Shown here one piece after another: positions 19,692 to 29,842 of a DNA stretch of 64,000 bases (the first letter of the stretch is position 1; each line of letters opens with the position of its first letter). Below the pieces are notes generated by a model. The model was not told where the DNA came from. It saw only the letters and a program-made list of their open reading frames with translations, and ran no database searches. Position numbers and translations under genes: made by a program. The DNA is from a virus, in the IMG/VR virus record IMGVR_UViG_3300029822_001076; one strand, given 5' to 3'.

Positions 19692-20231
19692 CTAGAACCA
19701 GTCACTTAATTTCTCAAGCAGGGTTTTGAAAATGACCGATTTTCGGTAGTTCACGGTTTTTCTCGGACAGCCGATTTCAGATGCGATAGCTCGTTCACTA
19801 AGACCGTCCATGAACAGCCGGGTTATTTCCCGGTCACGGGGAGATAAGCTTTGAATTGCAGCTTTGATAGCTTCTTTGAATTCTTTTTCTTCGAGTTTTT
19901 CAGACAAATCTGATTCATCTGCGATCAGGTCGATAAGCGTACTCATATCCTTGTTTTCATCTGCGACTTCCACATTCAGCGAAAGAAATTCTCCTTTTTT
20001 GTGATAGGGGCAGACATCACAGTCAGCTGCACATTTCCATAAGAGGTGTTTGGGGCAGAAGCAGCGACCTGCCCGCTGTTCCTGCTTTCGGATTCGATTG
20101 ATGCTTAGGTTTAATTCCTGATAGATTTCTTCACTGACCGGGATAAGGTCGACGCTATAGGGGTCGTCCGGTTTTCTTAACGGGTAGTAGCGTTGTTTCT
20201 TGGATTGACTCTGATTTACATGGTTTGGCAT
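19692..20231 (-). CDS. Phage sigma-70 region 4 (ECF-like) transcription factor
   Basis: C-terminal LSPRDREITRLFMDGLSERAIASEIGCPRKTVNYRK HTH. Likely start is MPNHV (ATG 20231) after GGAGG. Confidence 0.8.
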   Translation of the reverse strand: MPNHVNQSQSKKQRYYPLRKPDDPYSVDLIPVSEEIYQELNLSINRIRKQEQRAGRCFCPKHLLWKCAADCDVCPYHKKGEFLSLNVEVADENKDMSTLIDLIADESDLSEKLEEKEFKEAIKAAIQSLSPRDREITRLFMDGLSERAIASEIGCPRKTVNYRKSVIFKTLLEKLSDWF

Positions 20232-20233
20232 AA

Positions 20234-20271
20234 AAATTCCTCCGTTGGTTTGCTCCAAGACGGAGGAATTT
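20234..20271 (-). promoter_or_regulatory. 12-bp perfect hairpin sequestering the Shine-Dalgarno of the sigma gene
   Basis: AAATTCCTCCGT / ACGGAGGAATTT with a 14-nt loop. One arm contains the GGAGG RBS. Confidence 0.65.
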
Positions 20272-20581
20272 CTGCTGACTGAAAAAGGCATGTAAAAGTA
20301 GCTACAGTCCTGCGGATTTCTCCGTCTGGGAATGCAGCCTTTTTGCTCATCAGTCGGCTGAATCGTTAATTTTGTTGTTCAATGTGAGACGTGAGCCACC
20401 GTTGATCAGACGATGCATCTCTCATTGATTAGTTCTATTTTCTATTGGCGAGGGTTAAATGTCGCATCTTGAGAAGTTAGTTGAAAAGCCTGTTTTACGG
20501 CTCTTTTCAAGCCTTTTTCTGTAGTTCGAAGAGGGTGATAAAAGAAAAAAGCCCAAAGAGTAGGGCTTTTTTCATAGTGTT

Positions 20582-20600
20582 TCTAACTTCTGAAGTTAGA
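20582..20600. promoter_or_regulatory. Perfect palindrome, candidate repressor operator in the divergent control region
   Basis: TCTAACTTC-T-GAAGTTAGA, with an extra half-site GAAGTTAG at 20473-20480. Confidence 0.5.
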
Positions 20601-20629
20601 GAAATTTTTCATTCGTCATAATAGTGAAT

Positions 20630-20665
20630 AAAGTAATTGCAAAAGTAATTACCAAGAGGTATAAT
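20630..20665 (+). promoter_or_regulatory. Sigma70 promoter of the RM operon with overlapping repeats
   Basis: TTGCAA (20637-42), 17 bp, TATAAT (20660-65). AAAGTAATT occurs twice, and the palindrome GTAATTAC lies at 20645-52. Confidence 0.7.
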
Positions 20666-20699
20666 AGAATCATCTGAAACAGAAAGGACGGATTAAACA

Positions 20700-20909
20700 A
20701 TGCCATCTGACAGGAAAAGTATCGTTCCAATGGATCACTACAATATAACGGCCTTTCTTCGAGGTCAGGCTTCGAAAATTATCACATCTATTTCAGAAGA
20801 AGATACAACGGCTTATGTTTTGAAAAATGGTCAGCCTATCGCAGTAATCATGTCGAACGATCGATATGAAAGGCTACTTAAAGCTGGCATTGACATAAAT
20901 AAAATTTGA
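20700..20909 (+). CDS. Phd/YefM-like antitoxin-fold protein with no cognate toxin
   Basis: YNITAFLRGQASKII...AYVLKNGQPIAVIMSNDRYE pattern. The next gene is hsdM. Confidence 0.7.
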   Translation: MPSDRKSIVPMDHYNITAFLRGQASKIITSISEEDTTAYVLKNGQPIAVIMSNDRYERLLKAGIDINKI

Positions 20910-20923
20910 CGGAGGCGTTTTTA

Positions 20924-23088
20924 ATGGCTCAAACCCATATAACAGAAGTGATGATGGATGATAAACCCATCGATGCATCAAAAGAAATTGCGATGGTGTT
21001 TTCCATTGCAAATACACTGAGGGGTCCATATAAAGCAGATCGTTATAAGGACGTCATTATTCCTATGATCATTCTTAGGAGAATTGAGTGTGCTCTCGAA
21101 AAAACAAAAGAACAGGTAGTCGCTGCTTATAAGAAAAACAAAAAAGCTCCTGTTCGTTACTTATGCAATATATCCGGTTATCCGTTCTACAACACTTCAG
21201 AATTTACACTGAAGAAGCTTTTAGACGAAGCTCCTTCTATCGTGGAGAATATGAATTTTTACATTGACTCTTTCTCGCCGAACATCAAGTCGATATTTGC
21301 CGAACTTGAATTTAAGTCAGAAATAAAGAACTTAGATAAAAACAATCGTCTACTTGGCGTAGTCAAGAAATTCTCTGAACTAGACTTAAATCCTGAAACT
21401 GTAGACGGAATTAAGATGGGTTATATGTTTGAGGAAATCATTAGACGATTTTCAGAAAACGCCGAGGCGGGCGATCACTATACACCTCGAGAGGTTATTC
21501 GGCTATTGACAAGCATTTTGTTAGCTGAAGGTTGTGATGATATTTATCGCCCCGGACGTGAGATTACTGTACTTGATATGGCTTGCGGAACCGGGGGCAT
21601 GCTCTCAACTTCGCACGACTTTATAAAGCGTATGAACCCTGATGCAAATGTTCGCCTTTTTGGTCAGGAAAACAATCCGGAATCTCATGCAATTTGCCTG
21701 GCGGATATGCTTATTAAAAATCAGGATGCTGAAAACATTCGATTTGCGGATACGATGAAGCAGGACTGTTTTGAAGGCACATCCATGCGTTTTGTTATCG
21801 CTAACCCTCCTTTTGGTATAGCTTGGGGCGGAAAGGATGCCGGTGATGGTGTTGAAAAGGCTGTCAGGGCAGAACACAAAAAGGGACAATATGGACGATT
21901 TCCGGCAGGTCTTCCCGCTACAGGAGATATGCAACTTCTTTTTATGCAACATGCGATTAGCAAGATGCAAAAAGGAAAAGGTCGTGGTGCAATCATCTCT
22001 AACGGATCGCCATTGTTTTCCGGAAATACAACAAGCGGTGAAAGTCAGATTAGACGTTGGATGCTGGAAAAAGACTATATAGAAGCCATTATCGGATTAT
22101 CACCGCAACTTTTCTACAACACAGACATTGCTATATACGCTTTTATTCTGTCAAAAAACAAAAGTAAAGAAAGAAAAAACAAGATACAGCTTATTGATGC
22201 TACCGATGTTTGGGAGCCGATGCGACGCTCATTGGGTAAAAAGCGCAGAGAAATTTCCCGTCAACAAATTCGCCTAATTACAGAGGTCTATACAGCTTTT
22301 GCAGAGGGAGAAAAGCATCAATATTCAGAAAAGCGTAAAACTGACTGCATAATCAAGAGCAAGATTTTCGACAGGAATGAGTTCCTATACAAGGAATGGG
22401 CAGCATATCAACCTCTCCAGAGGAGCGGGATTATCAGCGATCATACGATCGAGAAACTTAAAACAAGTGCGTTTTTTACATCCAATGCTCATGTTTACAA
22501 CGAGAGCACATTCATGGAATTGGAACAGACAAATCCGCGTAGCAATAAGGATGAAAAAGCTTATCAGAAGATGCTTCGAGGTAAAAAATTTACTGAAGAT
22601 GTGTTACGCATACTTGAAGAGAATAAATCAGAGGAAACGTATCAGGATTATAAAAATTTGAAACTTTTTTGAAGGAGATTCTTCGTGATGTAGATGGCGT
22701 AACTCCCTCTCGTATCAGCAGTATTGCAACGGAATTATCAGAAATTGATAAGACAGCAGTCATACAGAAGGATCGTAAAGGTAATCCACTTGTTGATCCG
22801 ACTACGAAAGATACTGAAATTATTAAATTAAATCAAAATGTCGAGGAGTATATGAAGGAAGAGGTATTGCCTCATGTCCCCGATGCTATTTGGCGTTATG
22901 AGCATGATCCGAATAAGGCTGAAAGCTCAAGCAACCGAGAAAGGCTAGGAGCAGAATTCCCTTTTACTCGTTATTTTTACGAATATGAGCAACCTCGGCA
23001 GTCTGAAGATGTATTGCAGGAGTTCTTCTTGCTAGAGAATGAGCTATCAAAAAAGATAGAAGATCTTCGAAGGATAATGAAATCATGA
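20924..23088 (+). pseudogene. hsdM: Type I RM methyltransferase subunit split by a single -1 frameshift at about 22652-22672 (ORFs 20924-22672 and 22669-23088)
   Basis: AGDHYTPREV, LDMACGTGG, IANPPFG. The C-terminal EFPFTRYFYEY lies in the -1 frame, and adding one A to the A5 run gives YKKFETFLKEIL. Confidence 0.75.
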
Positions 23089-24404
23089 ATGAAAGTATGA
23101 AAAAAAGTGGAATTGAGTGGATTGGCGAGATTCCGGAAAGTTGGTCCATAAATAAAATAAAGTATCTTGCAATACTAAAAGGTCGAATAGGTTGGCAAGG
23201 ATTGACATCCGAGGAATATCAGGATGATGGTGCTTACTTAATCACAGGTACAGACTTTTTAAATGGAACCATCAATTGGGAAAGTTGTGTGAGGATCCCA
23301 GAAAGCCGTTGGGAAGAAGCTAAGGATATACAAATTGAAAACGGCGACTTGTTAATTACTAAGGACGGAACTGTAGGAAAAGTTGCTATTGTGGAACAAA
23401 TTCCAGGGAAAACTTCTCTAAACAGTGGAGTTCTGCGAATTTCTACCTATCCAGAATATGACAGAAAATTTCTTTTCTGGGTTCTGCAATCTTCTGTTTT
23501 CTGGGGCTGGTTCAATTATAGAAATGCGGGTAATAGCACAATTATTCATCTTTATCAGAAAGATTTTGGAGAATTCAAATATGCATACCCGTCTTTTAGG
23601 ATGCAACAGGAAATTGCAAAACATTTAGATATTAAATGTCTAGAAATCAGTAATGTCATTTCCACTTTAGAGCGACAGATTGAGTTGCTTTTAGAGTATA
23701 AAAAATCTCTCGTCACGGAAACGGTCACTAAAGGCCTAAATCCGGATGCTCTGATGAAAGATAGCGGCATTGAGTGGATTGGAGAGATTCCTGAGCACTG
23801 GGAAGTTAAAAAGATTAAACACATAGCTGCATATATTGGAAGTGGAACTACGCCTGACACAGGAACTACAGAGTATTACGATGGAGCAATTAATTGGATT
23901 CAAAGTGGAGATTTGTATAAGACATCCAAAGTAACGAATACAGAAAAAACTGTTACCGATTTGGCACTTAACGTTTTTGGGACACTAAAAGTTTATAAAC
24001 AACCATTTATAGTATTAGCCATGTATGGGGCATCTGTAGGTAATGTAGCTATTTCTCAAATAGATGCCTGTGTAAATCAAGCATGCTGCGTCATAATTCC
24101 AAATGGATACCAATATATCGACTTCCTTTACTACTGGCTTGTGACTTGTAAACAGGATTTTGATACAAAAGCAATTGGTGGAGGGCAACCAAACATCAGC
24201 CAGCAAATAATAAAAAATCAGTATTATTTGGATGCACCTCGAGAAGAACAACAAGCCATTGCTTCTTTCCTCAATCAACGATGTGCAGAGATTGATTCAA
24301 TTATAAACGACAAACTAAAGCAAATCGAAGTACAGAAAGAATATAAACAATCGCTCATTTATGAATACGTCACCGGGAAGAAGCGTGTAAAGGGGGTTAA
24401 CTAA
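23085..24404 (+). CDS. hsdS: Type I RM specificity subunit
   Basis: Two TRDs separated by duplicated conserved regions MKxSGIEWIGEIPExW and P..QQ.IA..L helices. Confidence 0.92.
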   Translation: MNESMKKSGIEWIGEIPESWSINKIKYLAILKGRIGWQGLTSEEYQDDGAYLITGTDFLNGTINWESCVRIPESRWEEAKDIQIENGDLLITKDGTVGKVAIVEQIPGKTSLNSGVLRISTYPEYDRKFLFWVLQSSVFWGWFNYRNAGNSTIIHLYQKDFGEFKYAYPSFRMQQEIAKHLDIKCLEISNVISTLERQIELLLEYKKSLVTETVTKGLNPDALMKDSGIEWIGEIPEHWEVKKIKHIAAYIGSGTTPDTGTTEYYDGAINWIQSGDLYKTSKVTNTEKTVTDLALNVFGTLKVYKQPFIVLAMYGASVGNVAISQIDACVNQACCVIIPNGYQYIDFLYYWLVTCKQDFDTKAIGGGQPNISQQIIKNQYYLDAPREEQQAIASFLNQRCAEIDSIINDKLKQIEVQKEYKQSLIYEYVTGKKRVKGVN

Positions 24405-24405
24405 T

Positions 24406-27396
24406 ATGCCAATTCGTGCCGATCAATTGAAAGAAAAGGAAGATTATCAGCATCTGATTCTTGAGCGACTTAACGAAGATAATGATTTTAGGATCCGCCC
24501 AAATTCTGCATTTAATTCCGGCTTGGCTATGGATACTGAACTCTTAATAGAGTTCTTGGAATCTACACAGTCAGAGACAATTAATAAACTGCATCGCCTG
24601 TATCAAGAACATACTTATGAAACCATCATTAGTGTGATTAACTCTGAAATCAACAAGTCCAGCAGAGGCCTGATTGATGTGCTTAAACATGGCGTGGAGT
24701 TTGATAATGGCGCAACCATTAAACTGATGTACCGCAAGCCTGACAGTACAATTAATACGGAGGCAGTTGAGCTATATCAGAAGAACATCTTTTCTGTCAT
24801 GGAAGAGGTTTACCATAAGTCCGATGAACGCATTGATCTGGTGATTTTCTTAAATGGCATTGCTATTTTTGCTATTGAGCTGAAATGTAACACAAGTGGT
24901 CAAGACTACAGTGATGCTATCCGCCAATATAAGGATGCAAGAGATCCTGCGACTCGATTATTTAAAGAGCGAGTCGGTGTTCTGGCTGCGTTTGCAATGG
25001 ACTTGAAAGAAGTTTATTACACAACAAAACTTGCTGGTAGAGATACAAATTTCCATCCATTTAATATCGGTAGCGAACTCGGCAAAGGTAATCCTTTAAA
25101 TCCTGATGGCATTAGGGTTTCTTACATGTGGGAAAATATCTGGAAGAAAGATCAGATACTTTATCTAATTGAACGTTTTATCTACATAAAGAAAAAGGAA
25201 GAACGAAATCCGGATACAAAAAAGATAAAACGCAGCAAGTCTCTTATTTTCCCACGCTTTCACCAATTGCGTGCTGTGCAAAAAATAATGGAAAATATAA
25301 AGAAAAATCATACCAGCCGGAACTATCTAATTGAACATTCAGCCGGTAGCGGAAAAACAGAAACAATTTCTTGGCTGGCGCATATTTTGGCAACTTTACA
25401 TGACGATCAAAACAGGAACATTGTTGATACTGTATTAGTAATAACCGATCGTATCGTTGTAGATCGTCAGCTTCAGGAGGCAATCCTGGGTATTGACCAT
25501 AAAAGTGGGCAAGTCAAAGTTATGGATGATGAGGCCGACTCGACTGACTTGGCTGAAGCTCTCGAAGGTAATACCAAGATCATCGTAACAACCATACACA
25601 AGTTTTACTACATTTTAGGTAACGACTTATTGGCTAATCTAAAATACAGAACTTTTGCTGTACTAATTGATGAAGCACATTCCTCCACAGACGGTGCCTT
25701 AATGCAATCAGTTACTCATGTTTTAAGTGATGAAGATGATGATTACACCACTGAAGAAGATAAAATGTTAGAGGAAATCAGGAAAAGTGGTAAGCAGGAT
25801 AATGTAACAATGATTGCTTTCACCGCTACACCTAAACCTGAGACGCTTCAACTATTCGGAACACTTAATAGAGAAGGAAAGAAAGTCGCCTTCGATCTCT
25901 ATTCTATGAAACAGGCCATAGAAGAAGGTTATATTTTGAACGTCCTTGACAACTATATCACTTGGAGGACGTTTTGCCATATTAACAAAGCGATTGATGA
26001 TGATCCTGAGCTTAAGTCAATAACAGCGAAAAGAAAAATGGCCAGGTATATTGATCTTCATGACACTAATATCGCACAAAAAGTAGAGATTATAATCGAG
26101 CATTTCAGAGCTAACATAGCTGGGATGCTTGATGGACAGGCTAAAGCCATGGTTATAACATCCTCCAGAGCAGCTGCTGTCAAATACAAAATTGCTTTTA
26201 ACAAATATATTAATGAACATGGTTATGAGGGCATACAGGCTCTTGTAGCATTTTCCGGGAAAGTAACCTTGAAAGGTAACGAGTACACAGAAGTTGCAAT
26301 GAATAGTGGTATCAAGGAAGAAGAGCTACGTTATGAATTTGACCGGAACTGCTATCAGGTATTAATCGTTGCAAACAAATATCAGACCGGGTTTGACCAG
26401 AAAAAACTTGTTGCGATGTATGTAGACAAAAAGCTTCGCGGGGTAGCCGCCGTACAAACGCTATCTCGGCTTAATCGTATTTATCCGCCTTATGAAAAGT
26501 CGACGTTTGTACTTGATTTCAAAAACGAGTATGAAGATATCAAAGCTGCCTTCAGCCCCTATTATAAGGACACAATTTTATTTGAGACGATTTCCCCATC
26601 CGATGTACGAGAAATGGATGCCGAAATTGAAGCCTATGATATCTTAGATACGGATGATATAGATAAATTCAATGAACTTCTGTACAAGGCAAAAAGGTCG
26701 ACAAGAGATAAAGAGCAAATGTGGTTTTTGCTTGATCGTGCATTGAAAAAGGTCACATCCAATGAAGAGATTCGGCAAAGGGAAATTAAAATTACAATTT
26801 CTCGCTTCTTAAGGGCTTATCGATTCCTAATTCAGGCAACGGTTTATGAAAATATAGAGTTGCATAAACGTTTCAATTTTCTTTCTTACCTAATCAAAGA
26901 GATTAATCCTGGTAGCGGAGGAAATAACTTTGACATTGCGGACAAAATTACGGTAAGTGATTTCCGTCAGCAGGAGATGGAACGGCATGAAGAAGGTAAA
27001 ATCGAGGCAATTCCTGAAATAAAGATAACGAAACCACTGCCAGCCTCCTTGGAAGAAGATCAAAAACGTAAACTATCTGAGTTAATCGAAGAAGTTAATG
27101 CTCGATATGATAAGAACTACGAACCGAATTCTACCTCAAAGGCAGCTTTGCAGATTAAAGATCTTATCCTGAATACACCTGAACTTAGAGCTCGTTTACA
27201 AAAGAGTGCTAAGAGCAATGCTCTATCAGAGTTTGAATTTACGTTCAACGAATGCGTTCAGGATGCCTTGGTAGGTGCATACGACCAAAATGTAGATTTT
27301 TTCACGCTTCTTCTAAATAATGATGAAGTTAGAGCGAAGATTAGCCGAGTCTTTATGGAAGAAATTTATGACTCTCTGCATAACAGCAAGTTGTAA
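24406..27396 (+). CDS. hsdR: Type I RM restriction subunit
   Basis: Nuclease IDLVIF...AIELK, Walker A HSAGSGKT, DEAH box, QTLSRLNR. Confidence 0.93.
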   Translation: MPIRADQLKEKEDYQHLILERLNEDNDFRIRPNSAFNSGLAMDTELLIEFLESTQSETINKLHRLYQEHTYETIISVINSEINKSSRGLIDVLKHGVEFDNGATIKLMYRKPDSTINTEAVELYQKNIFSVMEEVYHKSDERIDLVIFLNGIAIFAIELKCNTSGQDYSDAIRQYKDARDPATRLFKERVGVLAAFAMDLKEVYYTTKLAGRDTNFHPFNIGSELGKGNPLNPDGIRVSYMWENIWKKDQILYLIERFIYIKKKEERNPDTKKIKRSKSLIFPRFHQLRAVQKIMENIKKNHTSRNYLIEHSAGSGKTETISWLAHILATLHDDQNRNIVDTVLVITDRIVVDRQLQEAILGIDHKSGQVKVMDDEADSTDLAEALEGNTKIIVTTIHKFYYILGNDLLANLKYRTFAVLIDEAHSSTDGALMQSVTHVLSDEDDDYTTEEDKMLEEIRKSGKQDNVTMIAFTATPKPETLQLFGTLNREGKKVAFDLYSMKQAIEEGYILNVLDNYITWRTFCHINKAIDDDPELKSITAKRKMARYIDLHDTNIAQKVEIIIEHFRANIAGMLDGQAKAMVITSSRAAAVKYKIAFNKYINEHGYEGIQALVAFSGKVTLKGNEYTEVAMNSGIKEEELRYEFDRNCYQVLIVANKYQTGFDQKKLVAMYVDKKLRGVAAVQTLSRLNRIYPPYEKSTFVLDFKNEYEDIKAAFSPYYKDTILFETISPSDVREMDAEIEAYDILDTDDIDKFNELLYKAKRSTRDKEQMWFLLDRALKKVTSNEEIRQREIKITISRFLRAYRFLIQATVYENIELHKRFNFLSYLIKEINPGSGGNNFDIADKITVSDFRQQEMERHEEGKIEAIPEIKITKPLPASLEEDQKRKLSELIEEVNARYDKNYEPNSTSKAALQIKDLILNTPELRARLQKSAKSNALSEFEFTFNECVQDALVGAYDQNVDFFTLLLNNDEVRAKISRVFMEEIYDSLHNSKL

Positions 27397-27404
27397 CGGC
27401 ATAG

Positions 27405-28940
27405 GTGATGCGGATGGGAAACAGATTTAGCAATCCATTTAGGCGTTATATTAAGGATCTTGATACAGAAGCAACAAGATTTTTAGAAAATTACGGTTGT
27501 GCTGATGCTGCAGAGGTGCCACAGGCTATACCTATAGATACGATTGCCAAAACGAGAATGAGCCTAGAAGTCATTGAAGACGAGTATCTTTCTAGTGACG
27601 GTAGTGTTGATGGTGCCATTGCTTTTAGTGAAGGGACAATAGAGGTTTTTGATTGGATGACCAACGGTATGGTTGGATATCCAATTGGGGCACCCACTAT
27701 TTTTATAGATGCCGGAACAATGAATCTCGGACGACGTAATAACACTTTGGCTCATGAGTGTTATCACTGGTTTGCTCATAGGCAGTATTTTATATATAGG
27801 ATGTCTCACAATGCAGGGGCTGAGTTTGCCTTTCGTTGCGATTCAAAGGTCAGAGAAACTAAGTCGGACGATCCTTTCCTAAAAGATATCGCTAACATGG
27901 AATGGCAGGCCAAGCATATGGCTCCTAAAATTCTCATGCCTAAAATTGCTTTTTTGAAAAAAGCTAAAGAGATATTTAATAGATACAATGCAAGAACGCC
28001 CTATCAGCTACAGCAGGCATATCCTTTTGTCATTCCTGAACTTGCACATTTTTTTGAGGTTTCAGAACAGTCTGTGGTCATACGATTAGAAGAATTAGGC
28101 TACAACAGAGCGGCCGACTATTGGATAAAAGCGTATGAAGGCGTAGCGATTCATGAAAAAATAGATGCTTCATCAAGGTCTGCCAGAAAACATCAATGCC
28201 CTCTGGAAATAAGTGACGCTTTCAAGCTGTATTCTGAGGATGATTTTTTTCGTGAAACAATTAATACAGGTGCTTTTGTTTTTGCGGATGGCTATTTTGT
28301 TCTAAATGAAGAAAAATATGTTATTCAGGATGAGCAAGGCAAAAGAACATTAACAAGTCTTGCAAAGGAACGACCAGCCGAGTGTACATTGAGCATATCT
28401 TCGCTTCTGATTAGCACTACTCCCAGCACCGATGCTAACGGACTTTTGTATCGCTCAGATATTCAATTTACCACTAAGAACAAATTCGAATCTAATACGC
28501 AAAATACTGAGTTGTTTAACAAGGCTCGGCAATTCGAGAATCAGTTTAAACGATCCCAAGATATTGGTACGACTGCCAATGCTGTTTTGTGGTCACATAT
28601 GCAATCGCAGAAATGGAATACCAGCATTTTCCAAGATAAGACTTTGCTAAACCCAATGGCGTATAGTAGAGTGCAGAATCCAACTCATCCATTTAAGATG
28701 CCTCAATTAATTGCTATGGGGGTAGGACTTGCTCTCCCATTAACAGAGATGAATACTATACTCAGCCTAGCCGGCATGGCTTTTAGTGTGACAGATAAAG
28801 CTCAACAAGCGTATCAATTTTTATTCACCGGATTATCCGGATGCACTATCTATGAATGCAATGATTTTCTGGAAAGTGTGGGTGTAGCAACACTTGGCTC
28901 CAAGGAATACACTAAAAACAAATACAACTCTGAGAGGTAA
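27405..28940 (+). CDS. ImmA/IrrE-family metallopeptidase with a probable C-terminal helical/HTH-like domain
   Basis: NTLAHECYHW (HExxH), downstream EWQA, and a C-terminal LIAMGVGLALPL...ILSLAG helical segment. Confidence 0.75.
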   Translation: MMRMGNRFSNPFRRYIKDLDTEATRFLENYGCADAAEVPQAIPIDTIAKTRMSLEVIEDEYLSSDGSVDGAIAFSEGTIEVFDWMTNGMVGYPIGAPTIFIDAGTMNLGRRNNTLAHECYHWFAHRQYFIYRMSHNAGAEFAFRCDSKVRETKSDDPFLKDIANMEWQAKHMAPKILMPKIAFLKKAKEIFNRYNARTPYQLQQAYPFVIPELAHFFEVSEQSVVIRLEELGYNRAADYWIKAYEGVAIHEKIDASSRSARKHQCPLEISDAFKLYSEDDFFRETINTGAFVFADGYFVLNEEKYVIQDEQGKRTLTSLAKERPAECTLSISSLLISTTPSTDANGLLYRSDIQFTTKNKFESNTQNTELFNKARQFENQFKRSQDIGTTANAVLWSHMQSQKWNTSIFQDKTLLNPMAYSRVQNPTHPFKMPQLIAMGVGLALPLTEMNTILSLAGMAFSVTDKAQQAYQFLFTGLSGCTIYECNDFLESVGVATLGSKEYTKNKYNSER

Positions 28941-28942
28941 AG

Positions 28943-29824
28943 ATGATGTCACAAGGTAAAAATATCAATTTATTCCTAATGGATGGCGAGGCCTCCGGCC
29001 GTATCAAGTGTACACTTGCCAATTGGACCGGTATCGCATACAAAATACCGCGCACTATGCTGGATAAAGCAAGAGATATTTCCTATTTGGATCAAACGGG
29101 TGTTTATTTTCTCTTTGGCACAACTGAGGCTGCAGGAGATCCTGTCGTTTACGTTGGCCAAGCAGGAATAAGAAAAAATGGTCGCGGTATACTTTGTCGT
29201 TTGGACGAACATAGGCGTGACAGTGAAATGGACTACTGGACGGAAGCTGTAGCCTTTACCACTTCAAACAATTCTTTCGGTCCTACGGAAATCAGCTATC
29301 TTGAAAATCGTTTCTGTAACATGGCAAAGGAAGCTAAGCGATACTTTGTGAAAAATAGCAATGACCCAAGTCCCGGAAACATCACAGAGGAAAAAGAAAG
29401 CGAGCTGGAAGAGTTTATTGTTTATGCAAAACTTGTAATGGGAGCTCTTGGTTACAAAATCTTTGAGCCTCTGGTAGTGAGAAAACAGCAAATTGAGGCT
29501 ACTGAAAAAACTGATGATCAGCCTTTATTGTTCTTCAAAACACAAAAAGCGGATGCCTCCGGGAAAAGAACATCGGAGGGGTTTGTTGTCATGACCGGAA
29601 GCACCATTTCTTTAACAACAACTAAAAGCTGTCCGGAAAATATCCTTAAATTTAGAGAAAAGTTTGCCGAGAAAATCGATGATCAAGGTAAATTAACTGA
29701 AGACCTGCTCTTTCCAAGCCCTTCAGCGGCTGCAGGTTTCGTTGGTGGTTCCTCTTTAAGCGGAAACATAATGTGGAAAGATGAATCCGGAAAAAGCCTA
29801 AAAGATATTGAAGCTACAGAATAA
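28943..29824 (+). CDS. GIY-YIG nuclease with DUF4357-like C-terminus
   Basis: GVYFLFG...VYVGQA, RLDEH, and C-terminal FPSPSAAAGFVGGSSLSGNIMWKD. Confidence 0.8.
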   Translation: MMSQGKNINLFLMDGEASGRIKCTLANWTGIAYKIPRTMLDKARDISYLDQTGVYFLFGTTEAAGDPVVYVGQAGIRKNGRGILCRLDEHRRDSEMDYWTEAVAFTTSNNSFGPTEISYLENRFCNMAKEAKRYFVKNSNDPSPGNITEEKESELEEFIVYAKLVMGALGYKIFEPLVVRKQQIEATEKTDDQPLLFFKTQKADASGKRTSEGFVVMTGSTISLTTTKSCPENILKFREKFAEKIDDQGKLTEDLLFPSPSAAAGFVGGSSLSGNIMWKDESGKSLKDIEATE

Positions 29825-29842
29825 AGTCATTTTCTAAAAAAA

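Noticed and set aside
23098-23800. Duplicated SGIEWIGEIP-coding sequence in hsdS as an invertible or shuffling system
   Set aside because: This is the normal internal repeat of HsdS. The repeats are direct, and there are no silent hsdS copies or dedicated invertase.
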